This document shows, one piece after another, positions 10,065 to 19,691 of a stretch of 64,000 nt of DNA (the stretch's first letter is position 1; every line of letters starts with the position of its first letter). The DNA lies in assembly GCA_038245785.1 (NCBI GenBank), contig JBBRSB010000005.1, forward strand, positions 1 to 64,000, in the 5' to 3' direction. The position numbers and the translations under genes were made by a program. Source of the stretch: Gloeobacterales cyanobacterium (lineage in GTDB: Bacteria > Cyanobacteriota > Cyanobacteriia > Gloeobacterales > PMM-0068). The notes beneath the pieces are model-generated. The model searched no databases. It was given only the letters and a program-made list of their open reading frames with translations, and was not told the DNA's origin.

Positions 10065-11678
10065 TCAGGAAAGTTCTACGACTGGAGTATCTTCTAAAAG
10101 AACTTTTTGTGTCTCTAAATCATTAACAGTGATGCGTAGCGTTTTTTGTTCATCTACGCGAAATAGAACTTTGATTCTATCTTTACCGGGAAAGCCCAAA
10201 GGCTCTAGGCGAGCGATGGTCCGTCCTTCTTCGGTGTCATTCAAGGACCGAACGTCCTGACCGTTTCCACTCACTTTTCGGGTCACCAGACGCGTACCAT
10301 CAAAAAATACTTCTGTTGCTTCATTAGTATTGCCCCATTCCCCAATCACGAGTTCAATGCTGGGTTGACTGGATACGGAAGCCCCCAGTAAGAGTTCATA
10401 AGGCCGAGCTGTAGGGTAGGGCGTTCCTGACTTAAATAGGGGATGCCAATTATGACAGGCTTGCTTATGGTCCCAATAACGAATCCCGTAGCTGTTGTAG
10501 AGGAAGTCTTGGACTTGCTGAAAGCCTCGGCCTAAATAGAGCGCACCTTGAACTACGGCCTCGAAAGGACGGTCGCTATAGATTTTTTGGCGAGGGAATT
10601 GCTGCTGTACCCATTGCTGGACTGATGGGATAAGAGCGGTGCCCCCTACAAGAAGAACCGCCGTAAGGTCCTGTTGTTCAATCCCTCTTTGTCGGGCCTG
10701 AGCACTAATCTGGTCCACAGCCTCCGATAGCTGGACAAAGAAACCTTGTTTGGTTAAGAGGCGTTCTAGCTGCTGGCGAGAATAGTTAAGGGTAGTGCTC
10801 AAGTCCTGCCCTATAAAAGTTTCCGTCACCTTAGGTTCGCTGGAGAGTCGGACTTTGATTTGTTCGGCAAGGCGTTGGAGTCTAGATGGAGTCTGAATAT
10901 CATGCTGTTGGGCTAGATCATCCGCCAGCCAACGGTCTACATCAGTACCTCCCAGATTCAAGCCCACCTTAGCCAGGACCTTGGCAATCGGAGTTCGTTG
11001 GTCTTTTTGACCCAAAACTTTCTGACCCCACTTCACTAGGAAACCAACGGGACGGTCATCGGCAAAGGCTGGTTGGATAAGGGTCAGATCTAAGGTCCCG
11101 CCGCCAAAGTCAATGACTAGCATCAAATTTGCTGTGCGTAGACCATAGCCCAAGGCTGCCGCCGTAGATTCATCCAAAAGCTGGATCTTAGAAGCCGATA
11201 GCGATTGAGCCATCTGGGTCAGCCAGAATCGATAGGGCTCAAAACTATTTACAGGGACAGTCAAGACTAAGTCTTCAACGGTGCTCTCTTGCTGGGCCAA
11301 TTTTTCTAAAACACGCTGGAGAAACCAACGCCCCACCTGTTCAAAAGTTACTTCTTCCCCATCGAGGACAGGGGTAAAGCCCTGGACCGAAGAACCAATT
11401 CCCCGCTTGAAGTTACTGAAAAATCGAGGATCGCCAGCAGTATCCAGCCCTTGAGCAATAACTTCATGCCCGACGCTGACCTTTCCCCGTTGAGCATCAT
11501 GGATATAGAGAAGGCTGGGGATCATTGGTAGATGAGGAACACTTAAGCCTGGCAATCTAAGGGTCTCTGGCTGGTTGGCAGTTGGAAGCCAGCGCCCTAA
11601 GAGAGTATTTGTGGTACCGAAGTCGAGACTATACATAGGTTGAGACAGGGGTAGTCTGGGAGAGAGGCTAGGGGACAA
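10065..11678 (-). CDS. Hsp70-family (DnaK-like ATPase domain) protein
   Basis: DFGTTN, DESTAAALGY, DFGGGTLD and LVGG..IP motifs; start may be the internal ATG (MYSLDFG). Confidence 0.85.
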   Translation of the reverse strand: MSPSLSPRLPLSQPMYSLDFGTTNTLLGRWLPTANQPETLRLPGLSVPHLPMIPSLLYIHDAQRGKVSVGHEVIAQGLDTAGDPRFFSNFKRGIGSSVQGFTPVLDGEEVTFEQVGRWFLQRVLEKLAQQESTVEDLVLTVPVNSFEPYRFWLTQMAQSLSASKIQLLDESTAAALGYGLRTANLMLVIDFGGGTLDLTLIQPAFADDRPVGFLVKWGQKVLGQKDQRTPIAKVLAKVGLNLGGTDVDRWLADDLAQQHDIQTPSRLQRLAEQIKVRLSSEPKVTETFIGQDLSTTLNYSRQQLERLLTKQGFFVQLSEAVDQISAQARQRGIEQQDLTAVLLVGGTALIPSVQQWVQQQFPRQKIYSDRPFEAVVQGALYLGRGFQQVQDFLYNSYGIRYWDHKQACHNWHPLFKSGTPYPTARPYELLLGASVSSQPSIELVIGEWGNTNEATEVFFDGTRLVTRKVSGNGQDVRSLNDTEEGRTIARLEPLGFPGKDRIKVLFRVDEQKTLRITVNDLETQKVLLEDTPVVELS

Positions 11679-11683
11679 TCGTA

Positions 11684-12212
11684 GCTGAGTAACCTTAAGG
11701 CTTTTTGGACTGGAGAAATCTCTCTCCTTCCCAAAGCACTTCCCAAAGCACTATAGAGGAATAAAAATGATCCCTTCATCAGCCAGTTGTTCTTCTAAAG
11801 CTTTTAGACCTTCAATACTTTTAGGCAAATGATGAAGGACTCCAACATAGGTAATAAAGTCCCAAGAATCCTTACCTAAATCCAATAAACTGACCTTTTT
11901 AAAGGTAGAAGAAGGAACTTCAGCACGGTGACATTGACCCATGCCAATTGTCAGGTTTGTGTCACTGAGGTCTACTGCAAGTACTTCTGCGCTTGGGTTT
12001 TGATGGGTTAGATACAGCGTTTCAAACCCAGTTCCACATCCAGCATCAAAAATTTGGCCATCCAAATTTTTGGGGCGGTATGCATGGACAAAGATATGGG
12101 CTAATTCCTGATCCCAACACCAATTCCATCCCCCCAGAGCCATGTTGATAATCGGCTCTGAGGAATAGGGGAAAAGATTATGGGGTTGTGTTACCGCCTG
12201 AGTAATATCCAT
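11684..12212 (-). pseudogene. Frameshifted, truncated class I SAM methyltransferase
   Basis: DAGCGTG and VGVLHHLP motifs; the frame stops at 11751, but the expected continuation FLYSALG..RREISPVQKALRLL lies in another frame; boundaries approximate. Confidence 0.65.
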
Positions 12213-12224
12213 AGGCAAAAACAA

Positions 12225-12250
12225 GAGCTTCCAGAGTGCTTTGGAAGCTC
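12225..12250 (-). terminator. Hairpin terminator after the HTH gene
   Basis: GAGCTTCCAGAG-TG-CTTTGGAAGCTC followed by a T-run on the minus strand. Confidence 0.55.
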
Positions 12251-12272
12251 AAACCTCATATTAGATAGTGAT

Positions 12273-12764
12273 TCAATCTACGCCCAATAATCTACGCCAG
12301 CCAGAACGATTAGCATTGGTCGGGACCATTGGCCTAGAGGATTCCTGCTCTTTGCGCAAAGATTCCAGCTGCTCTTTGGAGGCCAGAGAGGACATTTCAC
12401 GACGAAGCTCATGAAGAACAGGCCGCATGTGCTCTACAACCCGTGCTGCAACTTTCTCAATCAATTGCTCATCCCATTCAGGCTCATGGGTCCGAACGAT
12501 ACGGTTACTTTCATCTAAAAATCGTTCTAGCTCTTCCTGAGCGATTAACGTAGGGCTATTGGGTGGATCGTCTTCATGGCGTGCGATGGTGGCCAGCCGA
12601 CCATCAGCAATCCAACGGCGAATAGTACGGACACTGCGGCCCGTTAAGGCTGAAACTTCTACGAGCGTCAATTCTGGTTTCACGACGTCCCCCTTATCCC
12701 TATCACTAAAAGTCACTAAAAAATCTCGCTTGGATTCCACGTCAGTATGACGCGGCACTGACAA
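12273..12764 (-). CDS. HTH (MerR/excisionase-like) plus coiled-coil protein
   Basis: LTLVEVSALTGRSVRTIRRWIADGRL HTH, then a coiled coil and C-terminal GWRRLLG. Confidence 0.65.
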   Translation of the reverse strand: MSVPRHTDVESKRDFLVTFSDRDKGDVVKPELTLVEVSALTGRSVRTIRRWIADGRLATIARHEDDPPNSPTLIAQEELERFLDESNRIVRTHEPEWDEQLIEKVAARVVEHMRPVLHELRREMSSLASKEQLESLRKEQESSRPMVPTNANRSGWRRLLGVD

Positions 12765-13091
12765 AATTACAGACTCTCTTCAGGATCAGGACCACAAAGT
12801 ATACAAAACTTATCTTTGGTATTAGTTGATCTTGCCTGGAGGCTATGGTTTCTTGTTACCAAGAAGAGGCCAGGAATGTCTTATTTATTCCTGGGTTTAG
12901 GCCGAATTGGGACTGTTCTCTCGTCGCACAAAGTGGAGCCAAGGAGCTGTGTTTTATGTTCATCTGCAGTTACTCTTCTCCAGCGGTTCCCTAAAGAGTT
13001 GTGATGGTTTGTGATGTTTCTGGATCCTTTTGGTCGTTTTAGGAACATAATCCAAAGCTGATAGTAAGCGTCGTTCTCATGGGAGTGTCAG

Positions 13092-16000
13092 ATGGCGATT
13101 AAGGCAACGAGTGGCAGCAATGTAGCCCGCCCCCGCAGATTCAACACGGTAATGGTAGAAACCATTGATGGAGCCTGTACCGAGGATCGGTATTTTAGCT
13201 CTGGTGAGTTGGAGTCCATGAAGGGCTACTTCAACGAAGCCCAAAAGCGGCTTGCAGTCTCACAAATTATCATTAGCAATGCGGAATCCATCGTCTCTAG
13301 AGCGGCCACCCGGATTTTCCAGGGAGGCTCTCCCATGGCCTACGCTCCCCAGCAGATGCAGCGCTCCAAAGAAACCGTGGGTATTGGTGGACGCAAGCGG
13401 AATGAAGCGCCTGAAGGTACTACTGGATTTGGAGATGAGGTGGTTATTGAGGACCGGGGCGGCTTCCTGGAACGACTCAAATCCCTCTTTGCCAGCAGTG
13501 GGGAAACGATCACAGCGTCTAACTTCCAACCGATCAAGATCGCTCTGTATGGTGCAGAGCGGATGCAAAAATCTCTGAGAGATTTGGATTGGTTTCTACG
13601 CTATGTGAACTATGCTCTGTTGGCTGGTGATTTAAATATCCTGGAACTCAACTGCATTGGCTTGCGGGAGATTTTAGAGAGAGCTTGTTCGATAGATGCC
13701 ACGATTGTTGCGATTCAGGAGATGCGTCGGGCTTCATTGGGCTATTTGAAGACCCAAGACGATAAGACCTTAGTTGGCAGTTATTTCGATGTCATTGTTC
13801 GTTGTTTAGAAGCAGATAAGTCAGACAGCCCCGGCGATATTATTCGTCCGTCTACAACGGACCGTCCTGGTCTGCAATTGCCTTACATCTACGGGCTCGC
13901 TGGTCAGGCCAAGCGCAAGTTCCGGATTGATAGCACTACTACTGGTGAGCAGAAAGAGATTGCAATCAAAGCAGCCTATCGCCAAGTTTTTGAACGAGAT
14001 ATCAGAGCACACTATGGCCAATCCGTTTCCGTCCCGGAATCCAAAGTCAAGAATGGTGAATTCTCAGTACGGGAATTTATCCGGAACTTGGGCAAATCAG
14101 AACTTTACCGCAAGCAGTTCTTTGAGCCTTTTATTGACTCTCGGGCGTTAGAACTAGCCTTTAAGCATTTCTTAGGACGCGCACCTGAATCCCGTGCGGA
14201 AGTTCAAAATTACTTCTCGATCGTGGCTTCGGGCGGCCTATATGCTTTGGTCGATGCCCTAATCGATTCCGATGAGTACCAGCGCGTATTTGGCGAAGAT
14301 ATGGTTCCCTACATTCGCGATTTGGGGCAGGAAGCGCAACCCTCCTGGAACTGGGGTGCTGCCTACAACCTCTACAACTACGCTGCACCGCGCCGTAAAG
14401 TCCCTGAATTTATTACGCTGTTTGCGGACTACACCAACAATTTGCCTAACCAGCATCCCTATGGCGCAGGTAATGACCCCTTAGAAATTCAATTTGGGGC
14501 TATTTTCAACAAAGAGAATAAGAACTTAAATAGCCGTCCTGCCTTGATTGGAAAAGATGTTCAGCGCATCTTGATCCGTACGGGTATTCCTTTTGAGAAC
14601 GAACGAGGGACGAAAGACTTTACACCGGCGAAGGAATCTACCCTCGGACCCAAGATTTTCAAACTCACTCAAAATGTCAGTCAGCGTTCCGGCACTATTG
14701 TTCGCAATGCGGGCATCGTCAACGTTGAAGGCAGTACTAAAGCTGTGATCCGGGCTGCTTATCTCCAAGTGTTTGGACGGGCAATTTACTCTGGACAAGA
14801 GCAAAGCGTCGCCGAAATCAAGCTGGAAAACGGTGAAATTTCTGTACGAGAATTTGTGCGCCGTATAGCGAAGTCAGATGTTTTCCGCAACCTCTATTGG
14901 ACTCCGCTTTATGTCTGTAAGTCCATTGAGTATATCCACAAGCATTTGCTAGGCCGTCTCACCTATGGACGTCAGGAAACGAACAAATACTACGATATTG
15001 CCTTCAAGAAGGGCTTTTATGGGGTGGTGGATGCGATTATTGACTCGCCTGAATACGACGAGGTATACGGCGAAGATACAGTCCCCTATGAACGCTACGT
15101 CAGCCCGCGCGGTCTAGCGCTGCGTACTCTCCGGGGTGGCTCCATGCAGCAACCGATGGAGGCAAAAGCCAATCCGATGATGGATATGGTTATGGCTCGC
15201 GGAGTTGCGCCGTCACGCTCTCTCCCGTCCATTCAGGCCAGTATTAACCAAGGGGTTTCTCGCAAGCGCGACCAAACTAAGGTCTTCAAGTACACCAGTA
15301 ATCTCACCCGGCCTGAGTTTGAGCAGTTGTTGCGTGCGGTCTACCGCCAAGTATTCGAACGGGATATGGACGGCTACCGCGTAAGCGCGAGCTTCAGTGA
15401 GCCTGAGTCTAAGCTTCGTAATGGTGAGATTTCGGTACGGGAGTTTGTCCGTCGTGTGGGTAGCTCGGAGCTATACCGCAAGCAATTCTTTGACCGCTAT
15501 CCAAACACTCAAGTCACGGAAATAGGCTTGAAGCACTTCCTCGGTAGAGCAACCAAGGACCAGTTGGAGTTGGCTCGTCTCGGTAACATATTGGCTAAAG
15601 AAGGGTTCAAAGCCTTTGTCAGTGCGATTATTGATTCTCCTGAGTATGATGCTACCTTCGGTGAGGATGTAGTTCCTTATCGTCGCTTCCCAACCCTACC
15701 TGCGGCGAACTTCCCGAACACAGAGACCTTATACGAACGTCAGACCTTCCAGACCAAGGCACTAGTCGTACCGAGCTTTACTACCTTGAAAGCACGTAGG
15801 GGCATGTCCATGGATAAGATGCCGATGACGGAAAGTGCTTTGGCTGATCTTCAGAAGCATAAAACTCTGATTGACCCGACCAAGCCGCGCTATCTGGAAT
15901 TGGGTAAATCTCTCAGAGAAGGGGGAGATGATTACACCGTTGGAGCTCGTCGCAATCCTCTGCCTATCTACAGGCTCACGGACAACAGTGGCTATACCGA

Positions 16001-16478
16001 TAAAGAGATAGCGATTCGAGCGGCCTATCGTCAGGTCTTCGAGCGAGATCTTCCTGAAGGTCTACGCCTATCAAAACCAGAATCTCGTCTCAAGAATGGT
16101 GAAATTAACGTTCGGGAATTTATCCGTGCTTTGGGTAAATCCGATACCTACCGCAAGCAATTCTTTGATCCTTATCCCAACACGAAGGTGACGGAGTTCA
16201 ACTTCAAACACTTCTTGGGACGTGCACCTGCGACACAGGAAGAAATCCAACTCTATAACCGGATTTTTGCAACCCAGGGATTGGCTGCTGCTGTAGACGC
16301 CATGCTCGACAGTGAGGAATATTTCGCAATCTTTGGCGAAAACGTTGTTCCGTACCGTCGTTATCCAACGCTGCCGATTGGGACCTACACAGGCTCGGTG
16401 GCGACCAACGATGAGCTTATCCAGCAGTCTTGGTCTTCTCTGTCGCCTTCGTACCTCGGTTTTAGCTTTTCTCGTTAG
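13092..16478 (+). CDS. apcE: Phycobilisome core-membrane linker LCM with a PB domain and 4 REP domains
   Basis: KSLRDLDWFLRY and chromophore Cys in ERACSIDAT; four AAYRQVFER..NGEISVREF..KHFLGR..FGEDxVPY repeats. Confidence 0.97.
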   Translation: MAIKATSGSNVARPRRFNTVMVETIDGACTEDRYFSSGELESMKGYFNEAQKRLAVSQIIISNAESIVSRAATRIFQGGSPMAYAPQQMQRSKETVGIGGRKRNEAPEGTTGFGDEVVIEDRGGFLERLKSLFASSGETITASNFQPIKIALYGAERMQKSLRDLDWFLRYVNYALLAGDLNILELNCIGLREILERACSIDATIVAIQEMRRASLGYLKTQDDKTLVGSYFDVIVRCLEADKSDSPGDIIRPSTTDRPGLQLPYIYGLAGQAKRKFRIDSTTTGEQKEIAIKAAYRQVFERDIRAHYGQSVSVPESKVKNGEFSVREFIRNLGKSELYRKQFFEPFIDSRALELAFKHFLGRAPESRAEVQNYFSIVASGGLYALVDALIDSDEYQRVFGEDMVPYIRDLGQEAQPSWNWGAAYNLYNYAAPRRKVPEFITLFADYTNNLPNQHPYGAGNDPLEIQFGAIFNKENKNLNSRPALIGKDVQRILIRTGIPFENERGTKDFTPAKESTLGPKIFKLTQNVSQRSGTIVRNAGIVNVEGSTKAVIRAAYLQVFGRAIYSGQEQSVAEIKLENGEISVREFVRRIAKSDVFRNLYWTPLYVCKSIEYIHKHLLGRLTYGRQETNKYYDIAFKKGFYGVVDAIIDSPEYDEVYGEDTVPYERYVSPRGLALRTLRGGSMQQPMEAKANPMMDMVMARGVAPSRSLPSIQASINQGVSRKRDQTKVFKYTSNLTRPEFEQLLRAVYRQVFERDMDGYRVSASFSEPESKLRNGEISVREFVRRVGSSELYRKQFFDRYPNTQVTEIGLKHFLGRATKDQLELARLGNILAKEGFKAFVSAIIDSPEYDATFGEDVVPYRRFPTLPAANFPNTETLYERQTFQTKALVVPSFTTLKARRGMSMDKMPMTESALADLQKHKTLIDPTKPRYLELGKSLREGGDDYTVGARRNPLPIYRLTDNSGYTDKEIAIRAAYRQVFERDLPEGLRLSKPESRLKNGEINVREFIRALGKSDTYRKQFFDPYPNTKVTEFNFKHFLGRAPATQEEIQLYNRIFATQGLAAAVDAMLDSEEYFAIFGENVVPYRRYPTLPIGTYTGSVATNDELIQQSWSSLSPSYLGFSFSR

Positions 16479-16486
16479 GGGTTCTT

Positions 16487-17821
16487 ATGCAGCCTATTGT
16501 TCTACGTAAACTAACTCCCCGCCGCCCACTGGAAAGCCGTCCTCCCTTGAACAGCTACAATCAGGGCGTGGCGGTCTGGAAGGCCCTCGCGGGTACTCAA
16601 TATGCCATTGAGAAAGCCCAGGACATGTCTAAACCGGCTCTGCGGTCTAATAACATAGGGGCCGTACCTGGAGGCCTTCAGGGTAAGCGGGCAGGAGGTA
16701 AATCTCAGCCAGGGAAAGTTTATCGCTTGAGTCCACAGCAGCCCAAAGCTGAGAAAGAAGCTGTCATCAAAGCGGTTTATCGTCAAGTGTTAGAAAGACC
16801 CTTGTTCGATGGATTCCGCCTGAATGAACCAGAGTCTCGAGTAACCAATGGGGATATAACCGTCCGTGAGTTTGTCCGGGCTGTAGCGACTTCTGATGTC
16901 TATATCCGTCAGTTTTTTACCCGCTTCCCCAACACAAAAGTGGTTGAATATCTATTCAGACATCTCTTAGGGCGTGTGCCTCAAGACCAAGTTGAGCTGA
17001 TTGCCTACCATGATCTGCTGGCTAGAAAAGGTCTAAAAGCTGCTGTAGAGGCGATGATAAGCTCTACAGAGTACACGCAGGTATTTGGGGATGATACGGT
17101 CCCCTATCCTCGCTATACCTCTGATCCTAAGAATGGGTATACGGCTGGTGCTTATGCCGGAAGTATCCGGGTATTTAGCCAGCAGACCTTCCAAAATTCC
17201 ACCGTCAATTTTCCTAGTTTTGAGAATCCCCTTTTAGGCCTAGCACGCTATCAGGGACTTGATACGACTGGGAACCGGGTGCAACCTGCTCGCCCTCAAC
17301 TAGATGCTCCTAGAATTTATTCCTTGGGTGACAACACAAAGGTTGAACTCATTTTGCGGGCTGCTTATAAACAGGTCTGGGAGAAGGATTTAGGTGAAGC
17401 TCCTCGACTAAATGAACCCGAATCTCGCCTCCGCAATGGGGATATTACTGTCAAGGAATTTATTCGGGCCTTAGGACATTCCGATTTTTATCTTCGAACC
17501 TATCTCGGTAAGTGGGATAATTCCAAGCTGGCGGAATTTAACTTTAAGCACTTCCTAGGCCGTCGTCCCGCTTCTACCCAGGAGCTTGCACAACATACCC
17601 AAACCTTGGGTCAGCGCGGTCTGAAAGCTGCTATCGATGAACTGTTGAATAGTGCTGAATACCGGAAAAACTTTGGAGACAACACTGTGCCCTATAGTAC
17701 GCTGCGGTCTGAGCGCTATGTCGGCACTGTGGACCAACCGTCTCGCGCCTATGCCGGGACCTTCTCACAGGTACGTGAGCAGTACCACAAGAACACTACC
17801 CCTGCCTATGAAAACCTATGA
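16487..17821 (+). CDS. Two-REP (PBS linker, pfam00427-type) core linker, ApcH-like
   Basis: Two REP domains (AVYRQVLER..NGDITVREF..FGDDTVPY; AAYKQVWE..NGDITVKEF..FGDNTVPY), no bilin domain, starts 8 bp after apcE. Confidence 0.8.
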   Translation: MQPIVLRKLTPRRPLESRPPLNSYNQGVAVWKALAGTQYAIEKAQDMSKPALRSNNIGAVPGGLQGKRAGGKSQPGKVYRLSPQQPKAEKEAVIKAVYRQVLERPLFDGFRLNEPESRVTNGDITVREFVRAVATSDVYIRQFFTRFPNTKVVEYLFRHLLGRVPQDQVELIAYHDLLARKGLKAAVEAMISSTEYTQVFGDDTVPYPRYTSDPKNGYTAGAYAGSIRVFSQQTFQNSTVNFPSFENPLLGLARYQGLDTTGNRVQPARPQLDAPRIYSLGDNTKVELILRAAYKQVWEKDLGEAPRLNEPESRLRNGDITVKEFIRALGHSDFYLRTYLGKWDNSKLAEFNFKHFLGRRPASTQELAQHTQTLGQRGLKAAIDELLNSAEYRKNFGDNTVPYSTLRSERYVGTVDQPSRAYAGTFSQVREQYHKNTTPAYENL

Positions 17822-17987
17822 AGACAGGGCACACCGCTATGGACTTACAGTGCTCACTTCCGAAAGGAAGCGTAGATACCGTGAGTAACAGAAAACTGGG
17901 TCAGGCAATGCTGGAAGGCTTGACCCATTCGACTCTACCCATTCCAGCAAATTCAAAAAACACTATTGACCAGGAGGAACTCATTAG

Positions 17988-18473
17988 ATGAGCGTCGTTA
18001 CTAAAGCGATCGTCAATGCTGATGCCGAAGCCCGCTACCTGAGCCCCGGCGAACTAGATCGGATCCGCTCTTTCACCTCTAGTGGTGAGCGCCGTCTTCG
18101 CATTGCACAGACCCTGACCGAAGCCCGTGAGCGTATCGTCAAGCAAGGTGGAGACCAACTCTTCCAGAAGCGCCCTGATGTCGTTTCCCCCGGTGGTAAC
18201 GCTTATGGTTCTGAGAAGACCGCTACCTGCCTACGTGACATGGACTACTATCTCCGTCTAATCACCTTCGGAATTGCTGCTGGTGACGTAACTCCCATTG
18301 AAGAAATCGGAGTTATCGGAGCTAAGGAAATGTATCGTTCCTTGGAAGTGCCTCTGCCTGGTATGGCTGAGTCTATCCGTGCCATGAAGCAAGTGGCTAC
18401 CGGTCTTCTGTCCGGCGAAGATGCCACTGAAGCTGGCTACTACTTCGATTACCTGGCTGGTGCTTTAGGTTAA
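17988..18473 (+). CDS. apcA: Allophycocyanin alpha subunit
   Basis: [17 protein letters not shown] and PGGNAYG..TATCLRD; AGGAGG RBS. Confidence 0.96.
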   Translation: MSVVTKAIVNADAEARYLSPGELDRIRSFTSSGERRLRIAQTLTEARERIVKQGGDQLFQKRPDVVSPGGNAYGSEKTATCLRDMDYYLRLITFGIAAGDVTPIEEIGVIGAKEMYRSLEVPLPGMAESIRAMKQVATGLLSGEDATEAGYYFDYLAGALG

Positions 18474-18523
18474 TTGCCTGCCAGCCCTCCTACATAACGA
18501 GAACCACTTGGGAGTTTTAAACC

Positions 18524-19012
18524 ATGCAAGATGCAGTAACTTCTGTAATCAATACCTATGATGTTCAGGGCAAGTACCTAGACACCAGCGCCATCGATAA
18601 GTTGAAGTCCTACTTCGCTACCGGTGAGCTGCGCGTTCGTGCTGCTGCTACCATCTCTGCCAACGCTTCTTCGATCATCAAAGAGTCTGTGGCTAAATTG
18701 TTCGGTGAGCAGCCTGACCTCGTCCGCCCCGGCGGAAATGCTTACACCACCCGTCGCTATGCTGCTTGCATCCGCGACCAAGACTACTTCCTACGCTATG
18801 CTACCTACGCTATGTTGGCTGGAGACCCCTCCATCCTTGATGAGCGTGTGCTGAATGGCCTTAAGGAAACCTACAACTCCTTAGGAGTGCCCATTGCTTC
18901 TTCTGTAAAGGGGATTCAATCGCTCAAAGAAGTAGTAGCTAGCTTGGTTGGTCCTGATGCCGGTAAAGAGATGGGAGTCTACTTCGACTATCTGTCCTCT
19001 GGGTTGGGCTAA
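18524..19012 (+). CDS. apcB: Allophycocyanin beta subunit
   Basis: [16 protein letters not shown] and [12 protein letters not shown]. Confidence 0.93.
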   Translation: MQDAVTSVINTYDVQGKYLDTSAIDKLKSYFATGELRVRAAATISANASSIIKESVAKLFGEQPDLVRPGGNAYTTRRYAACIRDQDYFLRYATYAMLAGDPSILDERVLNGLKETYNSLGVPIASSVKGIQSLKEVVASLVGPDAGKEMGVYFDYLSSGLG

Positions 19013-19026
19013 AAACCTGCACTAGC

Positions 19027-19060
19027 TCTCAGTGGTTAGCTCTCCAGCTAATCACTGAGA
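19027..19060 (+). terminator. 15-bp stem-loop between apcB and the apcC genes (mRNA stabiliser or attenuator)
   Basis: TCTCAGTGGTTAGCT-CTCC-AGCTAATCACTGAGA. Confidence 0.6.
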
Positions 19061-19114
19061 ACTACAGGTGTGTACTGTTAACTAACTGCTATTGTGCAGA
19101 CCTAGGAGAAACCC

Positions 19115-19318
19115 ATGAGCCGCCAAGTGCGTATCACGGCCATCTTGCCTCGCCGTGCCCAGGGAGTGGATACGGGCCGTGAAATTCAAAACGTCTATTT
19201 CACAAAGAAAGTTAGCTACGACCAGTGGACTCCAGAGATGCTCCGCATTGGCCGCCAGGGCGGGCGAATCCTAAAAGTGGAAGTAATGGGCAGTGGAGAC
19301 ACAGCGCTCAATCTGTGA
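19115..19318 (+). CDS. ApcC-like core linker, divergent paralogue
   Basis: REIQNVYFTKKVSYDQW..EMLRIGRQGGRILKVE; AGGAG RBS. Confidence 0.8.
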   Translation: MSRQVRITAILPRRAQGVDTGREIQNVYFTKKVSYDQWTPEMLRIGRQGGRILKVEVMGSGDTALNL

Positions 19319-19397
19319 GTTTGACCAAGGCGGATGCGTCAGCTGAGGCCTTGATGTAGCTTTTGGTAGTCCCTTATTGATGGAGTTAGGTAATTCT

Positions 19398-19607
19398 ATG
19401 AGTCGCTTATTTAAACTAACTGCCTGTGTACCTTCTAAAGCAAGAGTCCGCACGGCACGTGAACTGCAAAATACCTATTTCACAAAATTAGTGGAATACG
19501 ACCGCATGTACCCAGAAATGCAGCGTATCTCTCGCCAGGGTGGAAAAATCATCAAGGTTGAGCTATATGCGGGCCGCCCTGGACAAAATGCAGGCGTTGT
19601 CGGCTAA
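19398..19607 (+). CDS. apcC: Allophycocyanin core linker LC
   Basis: MSRLFKLTACVPS..RELQNTYFTKLV..QRISRQGGKIIKVEL; ATG 19398. Confidence 0.92.
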   Translation: MSRLFKLTACVPSKARVRTARELQNTYFTKLVEYDRMYPEMQRISRQGGKIIKVELYAGRPGQNAGVVG

Positions 19608-19619
19608 AAGTTGGATTTG

Positions 19620-19645
19620 AACCGGGCTTAGACCCGGTTTATTTA
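19620..19645 (+). terminator. Terminator of the apc operon
   Basis: AACCGGG-CTTAGA-CCCGGTT followed by TATTTA, between convergent genes. Confidence 0.6.
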
Positions 19646-19691
19646 TATCGATATTTCGCGGCACTATAGTTTCCGTGTTTTTTACTTTCTA

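Noticed and set aside
16476..16489. Readthrough fusing apcE to the two-REP linker
   Set aside because: The genes are in different frames with no slippery sequence, and the linker has its own ATG.
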